The translations under genes were made by a program, and so were the position numbers. Positions 27,075 to 37,685 of a stretch of DNA of 64,000 nt are shown here, in pieces; the stretch's first letter is position 1, and each line of letters begins with the position of its first letter. The stretch covers positions 59,336,001 to 59,400,000 of the forward strand of contig NC_045696.1 in the NCBI RefSeq assembly GCF_009834535.1, in the 5' to 3' direction. Under the pieces are notes generated by a model that made no database searches, was not told the DNA's origin, and was given only the letters and a program-made list of their open reading frames with translations. This DNA is from Camelus ferus (taxonomy: Eukaryota).

Positions 27075-27255
27075 TGTGAGCCAGGGGCAAGTGCACAGGC
27101 TGTGGAGCCAGGCGGATCTGGGTGTGAATCTTGAATCTGCTGCTTACTAGCTTTGTGGCTTTGAGCAAGTTACTCAACCTCCTGGAGGCTTGGCTTTTTC
27201 AATTCTGAAAACCCTTTATCATTAGGTGAAGGTATATAAACAGGCCCTCAATAAA
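27075..27255 (+). mobile_element. MIR SINE
   Basis: 'ctgtggagccagg..tctgggtgtgaatc..tctgctgcttactagctttgtggctttgagcaagttactcaacctc'. Confidence 0.8.
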
Positions 27256-28259
27256 CATCAGTCTCCCTCACTCCATCTTCAAATCTTTCCTCTTCCACAC
27301 GGCCCTTCCTGAGTATTCCACCTCATACTCAGCTTTACCTCCACTGAAACCCTGTAGTATTTATAACAGCAAAGACTCAGGCATGTCAGAACTGGAAGGA
27401 TTGCTTAGTTTAAGTCTCATTTTAAAGTTCAGGAGACTGAGGCTCAAAGTACCTCAAGGGACTTGCTGCAGGCTGCCTGGAGCCCGTGGGGACCCAACCA
27501 GGTGCAGCTCTCAGACCCGGGACCCAGCAAGTGTCTGTTAGCGTGGTGTGGCCTCTGCATAGCCAGCATGATCCATGCCCTCCCTCAGCCCTGGGGCTGT
27601 CTCCGCCCCCACAGCATCCTGCACCATGCATCCTGAGCATGGAGGAGATGTTTAGCAAATACCTGTTGATGGACTGTTTTTGTGCATGTGTATCTCACTG
27701 CCCTGGTGGACTGTATGTTCCCCCTGCCCCGGCAGGAAACATGCCAGCCTTGATGCTGTTCTTTGTCCCTTTTTGGTATTCAGTACAGACCTGGTTTTAA
27801 TAACTGAAGGTTAATTTCAGGCCCAAGAACAAGGGTTTTTGCAGCTGGGCAGGAGGTCCTCTCCGTGGTTCCTGGGGCTGTCTCCATAATATTCTGATGA
27901 CCTCTGGCGAGTGTGATTCTGTGCAGTGTCCATTTGTGAGCGGCTCCCCGGCTGGAGCTTGTGTGTGTGCACCACTTGGCCTCCCACTCCCACTCCTCTG
28001 GTGTCCCCACCCTCCGCTGCTCCTGTCTCCTCCCCGCAACCACTCCCTGTGTGCTACTGCTGCTCTGCCTGCTCTGGCTAAGAATAAATCATCATGGTTG
28101 CATAGCAACACATTTGGTTTCCTTAACTCCTCCTTCTCCTCCCCTCCCTCAAAAGTGCCTCAGCTCTAAATTTAAGGTAGTGTGTCAGGAGACACCATTA
28201 ACCCACAGATGCCTCTGAACTCCGGCGTTGTTCCCCAGATAGCTGCCAGCTTTATGAGG

Positions 28260-28365
28260 ACGGAAGCTGACTGTTTTGCTAGCCTCTCTCCCCAGCACCT
28301 AGTAGGAGTGCTTGGCACTTAGTAGGAGCTAAGTAAATATCTACTGGATAGTGAATGAATGAATC
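28260..28365 (+). mobile_element. L2 3' end
   Basis: 'ccccagcacctag...gtgcttggcacttagtaggagctaagtaaatat...tgaatgaatgaat'. Confidence 0.75.
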
Positions 28366-29784
28366 ATTTTCTCAGAATCCCTACAGTTGAGAGGTGCTTC
28401 TGGGACTCAGAAATTTTTTTATGGATTCTGGGATAGTCAGTGATTCACCTCTCTTGGCTGGATGCCCTCCTCCCTCTCTCCAGCCACCTAAGGAGCTGGT
28501 GTAGCAAGAGAAGGCACATATCTCCTCATATCTCACTGGCGTATAGATGGAGAATATGTTTTCCTCTCTTTCTTTTCTGGAAGCTGATGTTTCAGTCAAT
28601 CCACATGGTTTATTGAGCCCAGTGGTGGGTTACCACAATATGCAGGTGGGCAGGGGAAGGGAGACCCAAGGAATGTCTGCTTTTGGGGGCCAAAGGGAGG
28701 GCTGTCCCTGGACCTAATGTGTTTATTTTTTCCTTCCTGGTTTAAAAAATGAATTGGATTTCACAACTGACTTTGAGGCCACCCTGTGTTCATCTCCTTC
28801 CAGACAGCCCCACTGTAACATCCCGAACTGACTCCATGTCAGCGTCAAAAAGGGGTGGGAGGTTCAGGGTCCAGAGGGAGAATGAAAGTTCAGTCAGTGG
28901 CTCCTCTGGGGTCGTGGAAACAGGTTTGAAGAGGAGGTGGGGGAAGGGCTGCTGTTCAGCTAAAAATAGTAGCAGCAGCAGAAGCTAAGGGAGGGGCCAG
29001 AGGTTAGAAGCCAGGGCAGCTGCAGGTACACATTCTCATCAGAGATCTTGGAGCCCAGTGAAGGTCTTCCCTGCCCCTTGGGAGAGGGTTGCAGATGTTG
29101 CGTAATCTGTTTGTCCCCTGTGCCTGCTCGCAGTGGGCCGCCAGCGTCTCATCTCCTCTCCCTCCTCATCCTCCTGTTCACCGCACACACCGCCCATGCG
29201 TGCCTTCCTGCCCTCCCTCAGCAGCCCAACCGCATCTGCTCAGTAGACTTTCACAAACCAGTCCCTTGGTACTAAGTGTTCTCAGGCCTCTGTCCTCAGG
29301 GGTCTGTAGTCTGAGATGGCATTGTGGTCCCAGGGACCACCAGAAAAACAATCAGGAAACAACTATTAAATAAACAGAAAATAGATGAGATAACATGTTC
29401 CCATCCTGTGTGAGTTGAGGCCAGTGCTATTTGGGGGGGCCTTCTGGGTGCGTATTCTAGAAAGTCCTGGAGTTTCCTGCTTGAAAAAGGTGAGGATGAG
29501 CTAAGCTAGTGCCTTCCTAGGGCCAGGGCTCCACGGGAGAAACAAGCCCTCTTCCCACCAGCAAGAGGATGGAAGGGGGATGTTTCTGGCAGGAGTTTAA
29601 AGCTGGACCTTGGAGGAAATGTGCACTGGAGGTCAGGGGTCTGAGGAGACGAGTCAAGGCCATCTTCACATTTGCCACAGGCTCATTCTCATCTAGTGAG
29701 TGAGTCGTTCATCCAGTGAACAAACATTTAAGGAACATCTGCTGAGTACTAAGTGTGGATGGGAGGGTATGCCACATCAGTGAT

Positions 29785-29965
29785 ATTTTCATCTTAGATG
29801 CACATTGAAATTATCTATGAGCCTGAAAAATACTGATGTTCAGGTTTTACCCCAGAACAATTACATTAAAAAAAAAAAATCTCTGGATCTAGGAGGCAGG
29901 CATGAGTATGTTTTTTTTGAGATTTCCCCAGGTGATCTGGCTGTGCAACCAGGATAGAAAAGCAT
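29785..29965. mobile_element. MER5-family MITE (degenerate)
   Basis: 'gatgcacattgaaatta...aaaaatactgatg...ccccaggtgatct..gtgcaaccagg'. Confidence 0.6.
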
Positions 29966-30684
29966 CTAAGTGGCCTGAGGCTCCTTCCTGTAACAGCAGT
30001 CATTGCCACTTTTTGCCTTCTGAGTGACATGATGAAGATGGGACTTGCAGTGACTGAGGTACAGCCAGCCCTCCACGGCCAGTTCACACACACAGTTTAC
30101 AGAGCAGCCATCATGGACCCAGCGATAGAGAGATGCAGTCAGGAACAACAGTACCTGCTGGAAATGTATTAATATAAGCACTCCATTTCCTTGAGTGTTT
30201 ATCTGGTGAGCCACAGCCAGCTTTTCTTATGAATGGGATTTTCTGATGAATGGGATTTCTGTGATTTGTCTTGTCTTATCCCTCCGTGGAAGAGAAACAG
30301 TGACTATATGTGGTGCATTTCATTTACGTGGAGATGAAACAGGTGGTGAAAAAGACACACACAAATAGGTGGAAGGCAGGCAAACAGGGAGGGATGCTAA
30401 GCGTACAAAATGTGCCTGTCAGGCAGGTCTTCACAAATGCACTATCAAGTTATCTAAATCATGATGAAGGAAAAGTACACAATATGCCTGTTTAATATTT
30501 GAATTACCAGTAGGATTTGAGCCCCTAGGAGGCACCTGTCCTGTGCTACACACAGTGAATGTGGCATTCAAAGAACATGCAATCTTGGGAATTAAAATTA
30601 GTATCAAAAATAGAGATTTTTAATTACTTAGTAATGTTTTATGACTGTAAGGTTATTGGAAACTTGGAGGAAAAGCTACAAAAG

Positions 30685-30998
30685 AGGCGCTACTCAAAGT
30701 GCAATCCATGGCCCAGCTCTGCCAACTGTTGGTCATCAGTCAGTAATAAGAAGTATGGAAATTGAAAGGAAGCATTTAGAAACTTTTATAGCAATTTGCC
30801 AGAGTAATTTTGTCTGTTGAATCTAAAAATTGAAAACACTAAACTGGGCCTTATATTTTGTTATTGTAATTACGTTTCTCAAGTAATTCATTTTTACTGT
30901 ATTTTACCAAAGTACCAGTCTATGACATGTTGGGAAAAAAATGAAAAAATCAAACAAACCAAGCTAGTCCTTCAGTGCAGACAGTTTGAGAAGCACTG
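30685..30998. mobile_element. hAT-Charlie non-autonomous DNA transposon
   Basis: Imperfect terminal inverted repeats '(ag)gcgctactcaaagtg' and 'cagtttgagaagcactg' around an AT-rich interior. Confidence 0.7.
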
Positions 30999-31699
30999 AT
31001 TGGAGTGGCTGGAAATCTGAGATGTCATGGCAAGCTGAGAGGTGCCAGCAAGTGGGGAAGGACAGATTGTTCTGTCTGATGTTGAAAGGGGAGTAAGAGT
31101 GTGTCCTGAAGACCTAGACTTGCCTCACTGCAGGAGACTCTAACACCACGAACATTTACTGAGTTTTTGGTAGATACTGGAGCTTTATATGCTCTTTGTC
31201 TGAATTAGTTTATTGACTCCTTTCGCAACCCAATGTGATAACAGTGCTTGTCTCCATCTCTGTTTTGCAGAGTCTTGAAGAGGGCAAATAATGTGCTCAG
31301 GCTGCCACAGCTGGTGAGTGGCAGACCTGCATTTTGAAGCCAGGTGTGTCAGACTCTGGAGCCTGATGGTTCACAACCCCCAGCCCAACTCCACATAGTT
31401 CCTCCAGGTGACAGGGAGTATGGGTCACAGACTCTGCCCATCCAGTTGTTCCACGATAGGAATGAGGAGAAGGCCCCACAGATTTAGATCACAGAGCTCA
31501 AGGTTATCCTTCCAGGAAAGTGCCCTACCTCCTAGGGAGGAGCAGGGTGTGGATGCTGATCTGACAGTTCTCTTCTCCTCAGTGCTCATTTCCAGAAGTT
31601 ATTTCATTCAGTAGATAGATCCACCCTGGTTTGGACCTTTTATTAGTCTCTGAACTGTCCTGTCAGCAGCTTTTGCCACTTGTCATCTCATCTGTCCAT

Positions 31700-31870
31700 T
31701 TATTTTTAAACTGTTAATTTTGAAATAATTTTAGATTCATAGGAAGTTGCAAAGAAGCATACAGGGAGGTCCTGTGCACCCTTCACCCAGCCTCCCCCAC
31801 TGTTAACATCTTGTACAACTATAGTACAATATTAAAAGAAGGAAATCAACATTGGTATACTTCACAGACC
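31700..31870 (-). mobile_element. Old L1M 3'-end fragment
   Basis: 'ttttgaaataattttagattcataggaagttgcaaa...cccttcacccag...aacatcttgtacaactatagtacaatat'. Confidence 0.8.
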
Positions 31871-31884
31871 CATCCATCTATTTT

Positions 31885-32610
31885 TTTGTCTATTAATTTT
31901 TAAAAAAGACTTATTGTTTAGAACAGTTTTAGGTTCACAGGAAAATTGAGAGGAAAGTACAGAGATTTCCCATTTACACTCTGCCCCCACCTATACCCGC
32001 CCTCTTCCACTATCAGCATCCCCGCCAGAGTGGTACCTTTGTGATAACTGATGAACCCACACTGACACATCATAATCACCCAAAGTCCAGAGTTTACATT
32101 AAGGTTGTTAACCTTAATGCAAATTAACTCTTAGTGGTGTACATTCTATGGGTTTAGACAAAAGTATAAAAAGTTATACCATTATACCATTATGTATCAC
32201 ACATAGTAGTTTCATTACCCTTAAAATCCCCTGTGCTCTGCCTGTTCTTCCCTCCCTCTCCCTAACCCCTGGCAACCACTAATCTTTTTACTATCTCCAT
32301 GATTTTGCCTTTTCCATAATGTCTTATAGCTGGAATCATACAATATGTAGCCTTTTCAGATTGGCTTCTTTCACTTAGTAATAGGCATTTAAAGTTCCTG
32401 CTTGTCTTTTCTTGGTTTGATAGCTCATTTCTTTTTAGCACTATATAATATTCCATTGTCTGGATGTACCACATTTTCTTTATCCATTCACCTACTGAAA
32501 GATACTTTGGCTGCTTCCAAGTTTTGGCAATGAAGAATAAAGCTGCTATAAACATCCATGTGCTGGTTTTTGTGTGGACATAAGTTTTCAGCTCCCTGGG
32601 GCAAACGCCC
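31885..32610 (-). mobile_element. L1MC-like 3' fragment
   Basis: ORF 32262-32621 '[17 protein letters not shown]...[14 protein letters not shown]' is the L1 ORF2 C-terminus; L1MC-type 3' UTR. Confidence 0.9.
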
Positions 32611-33834
32611 CAAAATATCATGCTTTAAGAGAGGCATCAACAAGCCACAGTGTACATGGAGGAGGGAGAAGGTGGATGGTTAGAAGCCGGGTCACATCCA
32701 GATTGTTCTTAGGGGCTAGTGTAAGCTTCTTGTGTGTAGATTCCATGTGTTATTTAGCTCTCCTGTCTTAGCACCTAAAGCAGTATGAGGCACGTAGTTG
32801 ACTCTCAACAAGTGTTTTTGAATTGAGTGTTTAATTCAGAGCAGAAAATCTGTGTACAGATGGCTGTCTGTAATGTAATGGCTGTCTGTAATGTAATGGC
32901 TGTCTTCCATATTGGTGGGCCTCCAATGTGGAGGAAGAGGTAAATTTATCTGTGCCTCCCATTGCTCTTTAGGGCAGAGCTAGGATTAGTGAATGGGGGA
33001 AAAACATAAGGGGAGACATCTCAACTGGATTTATGGAAGAACTTGACCAAGAATGGGAGCAGTGCAGCAGGGAAGTAGGTAGTCGACTCCCCCACACTGG
33101 AAGAGTTTAGCAAGTAGCAGATCATCAGGGATGCAGTGGAAATGATTCCTGCATTTTTTTGATATTGGGCCAAGCGGCTTTAATGGAAATCTTTTCCGTT
33201 CCTTGTTTGTAAAATTCTAAGAACATGCAGGCACAGACAGAAATAGGACAGCTGGGTTGGGAAGGCAGACCAGTTTATGGGTAGAGGGTATTCATGGGAT
33301 TTGAGGTGACAGCAAAACATTTTTATGGAAGAACACTTGTAGATTTTGAATTTTTTTTTTCTTTTTAAAAGGAAAGTCTCCCTCACCTTCTTTGGGTAAC
33401 CTGTGGAATTTGCCCAAGACAACATCTGGAATTAACTGGGCAGATACTTGTCTTTTTTTAAAGCAGCATATGACAACACCAGTTCTAGAGAAAATTATGC
33501 AAGCTGTTTTTGTCATGTTAATCATTTATTGAAATTAAGGAGAAAATTATTGCAATTTCTATTCCAGGAAATGAAGCAGGCACTGAGTTAATCAGATTAT
33601 TTCCAGGTGAAAAAGGAAATAAAGGTCAAGGTTCTTAAATTAGGCCATCTGAGAAGGTTATTATATATTCATATGTGATTATCCTGTAAGATATGAATTT
33701 AAATGATTTATGTTTTTATTTCATTTTAGCATCCAAGGAAGACACATAATCATCATGTCATGTTTTTAAAAACTCACAAAAAGAAAATTAATCTTATTAT
33801 TATCTACTTTTTAAAGTAGGGAGTAGGGAAAGGA

Positions 33835-34020
33835 ACTTTACATATTATCTCATCAGTTTTTCACAATGATTCTGACGAGTAGGCACTGTTGCTGTTTTAC
33901 GGCTAAGGAAACTGAAGCTCAGAGCAAAGTAACTTGTTCTGGGACCCACATTTAGTGCAAAGTAGATTTGGGATTCAAAGCTGGGTCTGTTGGACTCCAA
34001 AGCCAGTGCTCTTTATGCTG
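33835..34020 (-). mobile_element. MIR SINE
   Basis: 'ttttacggctaaggaaactgaagctcagagc...gggattcaaa...tctgttggactccaaagcc'. Confidence 0.75.
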
Positions 34021-35371
34021 TTTAGTGTCAGGGTCATATCATCTCTAGCAGAATCCACCCTGACCATGTTTATGAGTAGACTGCATAACTATGTGGTATA
34101 TATTTCAGAGCCATAAGTGTCTGTTCCATCTGCAGGAAAGCCTGCCTAGACAGCACATTTCCATCATTGCTGATGACCCTTCTGCAATGGAGTTGGACAG
34201 AGGCATTCAGGCCATTGCTACACTTAACAGCTAATTGCCACAGTCCTGGCTCCTACCCATGTCCCCTCCCTGTTCCTCCCAATGCCTCCAGGATGCATGA
34301 TCCTGAAGGTGTGAACACTGTTCTTGGGCTGGGGCACAGTTTCCAGCTTGCCTGCTGCCCAGTGTCTAAATCTTCATCTAATTTTTTTTTCAAGTCTTGG
34401 GATTATGTTCTCATTCTTATAAGCAGGCCTAGAGAACAGCCAGGAGACCTCATGGTACAGGAGACAAGCACTGTTGCTGAATGTGCCTGTGTGACTTGCT
34501 GGTCTTGTGGCTCTAAGGAGTCCCTTAGCTGGCAGAGCCTCAATTCTTTCACTAGCAAAAACGGGGTAGTAATAACCCTTTTTTTTTTTTTTTTAAGGGT
34601 GAGACTAAGACTCAGGTGATAGTAGTATCTGGGAAAATGTAAACCATAGGTCTTGTACAAATGTAAGCCCAGCGGATGTAAGAGAATGATCGCATTCCCT
34701 GGAAAATCTTTCCTCCAGAAGGGGCGGAAGTCAGCGCACAGGAAAACATGAGCTCTTTCTGGCCAGCCAGGCTGTTTCACTAGAGCAGCTTGGTCTCTGT
34801 GCCCCCCTCTTTCTCCTGAATAGCATGACTGTGTTTCTTGGCTTGGATTATTGAGATAATTGCTCCCAATCTTCCCTTTCTGATGAGCATGAGCTGTTAG
34901 ATGTGAGCGGCAGTCTCTGGCTGACACCTTCCAAAGATTCTGATTGGGCAGATTGTGTTCTGCTCAGCTTAATTTGCTTGCTGGCTATGTAAATACTAGG
35001 GTTGTTAATTTTCATTAGAGGATGTTAGCCAAGAAACATTGTATTTTTAAAAACCCATATATTAACATGGGGAAAAAAGTAAAAGTAAACCAAGCAAAAT
35101 TTAACAATTTTGATGTCCTGAAAGCTTCCAATGAAGACTAAAAAGCCTCTAGTGTATGTTTTTTCAATAAATAAGACTGTTGTTTTCAGTTCTTTTTGAA
35201 AGTGGGACCTAGATCTTAAATGAATAAAAAATAAAATTTTCATTTGAGAACAGAATAATCTGAACAATTAGAAGTTGTCAATGTTGCTGTCATTTAATAG
35301 GTTTGGATTTATTTGCAAGACAGATTTATTTTCCTCCCACATAGACTTTATGCCTTAAATTTATTTTGTGT

Positions 35372-37685
35372 TTATATTTTCTCACTGTAAACTTTCTTTA
35401 ACCAAAATATACATATGGTAAGTGCACAAATCATAAGCGTACAGCCCAATAAATTTTTACCCAGTGAGCACACCTGAGAAATCAGCATACAGGTCAAGAA
35501 CCAGAACATCACCAGTACCCAGAACGCTGGCCCCAGGTGTCCTCTTCCATTCACTAGTCTCTCCTCTCAAGGGCAATCTCTAGGGTGACTTACAATACCA
35601 TAGCTTAGTTGACCTCTCTTAAAACTTTATGTAACTGGAATCTTAAAGTATGTACTATTTTGTATCTGTCATCTTTTGTTCAACATGATATGTCAGAGAT
35701 TAATCCACATTATGTGTAGCAACTGTCTGTCACTTTCATTTCGATGTAATATTCACCACATACCACGATTTGCTTACATGTTTTACTACATAAGGAATAT
35801 GAGTTGTTTCCAGTTTGGGGCTATTTTGAATAAAGCTGCCATGAACACTTTTTTTTTTTTAACATTTTTTATTGATTTATAATCATTTTACAATGTTGTG
35901 TCAAATTCCAGTGTTCAGCACAATTTTTCAGTCGTTCATGGACATATACACACTCATTGTCACATTTTTTTCTCTGTGAGTTATCATAACATTTTGTGTA
36001 TATTTCCCTGTGTTGTACAGTGTAATCTTGCTTATCTATTCTACAATTTTGAAATCCCAGTCTTTCCCTTCCCACCCTCCACCCCCCTGGTAACCACAAG
36101 TCTGTATTCTCTGTCTGTGAGTCTATTTCTGTCCTGTATTTACGCTTTGTTTTTGTTTGTTTGTTTGTTTTTGTTTTTGTTTTTTGGATTCCACATATGA
36201 GCGATCTCATATGGTATTTTTCTTTCTCTTTCTGGCTTACTTTACTTAGAATGACATTCTCCAGGAGCATCCATGTTGCTGCAAATGGCATTATGTTGTC
36301 GGTTTTTATGGCTGAATAGTATTCCATTGTATAAATATACCACATCTTCTTTATCCAGTCACCTGTTGATGGACATTTAGGCTGTTTCCATGTTTTGGCT
36401 ATTGTAAATAGTGCTGCTATGAACATTGGGGTGCAGGTGTCATCCTGAAGTGGATTTCCTTCTGGATACAAGCCCAGGAGTGGGATTCCTGGGTCATATG
36501 GTAAGTCTATCCCTAGTCTTTTGAGGAATCTCCACACTGTTTTCCATAGTGGCTGCACCAAACTGCATTCCCACCAGCAGTGTAGGAGGGTTCCCCTTTC
36601 TCCACAGCCTCTCCAGCATTTGTCATTTGTGGATTTTTGAATGACGGCCATTCTGACTGGTGTGAGGTGATTCCTCATTGTAGTTTTGATTTGCATTTCT
36701 CTGATAATTAGTGATATTGAGCATTTTTTCATGTGCTTTTTGATCATTTGTATGTCTTCCTTGGAGAATTGCTTGTTTAGGTCTTCTGCCCATTTTTGGA
36801 TTGGGTTGTTTATTTTTTTCATGAACACTTTTGTAAAGGTCTGTTGATGAATGTATGTTCCCAGTATGGTGGAGTATATAACTAGGGAGAGTAATTACTA
36901 AACTATAGAGGATGGGTATGTTTTGCTTTACTAAGATGCTACCAAATAATTTCCTAAAGCAGTTATAGCAATTCACATCTCCACCAGCAGGTAGGAGACT
37001 TCCAGTCACACCACATCTTAGCTAATGCTTGGTGTTATTTGTCTTTCCCATTTTAGCTCCTCTGGTAGGGATGTGGTAGTGCCACATTGTGGGTTTGTTT
37101 GTTTTTGTATTTCCTAGGTGATGAATGAAGTCAAGAACCTTTTCGTATGTTTATTGGCCATTTGGATGCTCTCTTTTATAAAGTGAATCTTCAGTTGTTT
37201 TTCCTAGTCTTTGCTATTGAATGATCTGCTTTTTTCTTACTGAGTTGTAGAAATTCTTTATATATTCTGGACATGATTTTTTTGTTGAATGTATGCATTA
37301 TGAATATCTTCTTCCAGCTTCATGTTCTTTATGGTATATTTTGATGAAATACGTTATTCATTTTAATGTAGTCCAAGTGTTAATCTACCAATTTTTTTCT
37401 TTTACAGTTAGCACTTTTTGTGTCCTGTATAAAAAATTGTTGTCTATCCTAATTTTTTTTTTCTGGAAGCTTTATTGTTTTACTTTCCACATTTAGATTA
37501 GTAATCCATTTGGAAGTACTTTTTGTGTATAGTGAGGGGAAGATTCTTTTTTTCTTCTTCCTGTTTTGCCATCCAATTCACTTACAGTCTTTTGTTGAAA
37601 GACTGTTCTTTCCCTATAGCTCTGTAGTGTCACCTTTGTCATAAATCAAGTGACACACATATATATGTGGGTCTGTTTCCACGCA
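35372..37685 (-). mobile_element. Old L1ME/L1MC-like element split by a younger L1 insertion
   Basis: 3' UTR motifs at 35372-35850 ('gttgtttccagtttggggctatt..aataaagctgccatgaaca') resume colinearly after 36832 ('ccaccagcag..tgagacttccag', 'tttattggccatttggat', 'ctttgtcataaatcaagtg'). Confidence 0.85.
35853..36819 (-). mobile_element. Young 5'-truncated LINE-1 (~0.97 kb), same subfamily as 14697-16543
   Basis: Uninterrupted ORF2 C-terminal peptide (ORF 35869-36828), poly-T tail, perfect 13-bp TSD CATGAACACTTTT at 35840-35852 and 36820-36832. Confidence 0.97.

Noticed and set aside
30229..30261. Imperfect 17/16-bp tandem duplication (ATGAATGGGATTTTCTG)
   Set aside because: Real but ordinary slippage, with nothing suggesting function.
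34167..34927. Overlapping 150-aa and 174-aa ORFs
   Set aside because: They span a MIR-like remnant and a poly-T run, with no protein-family resemblance.
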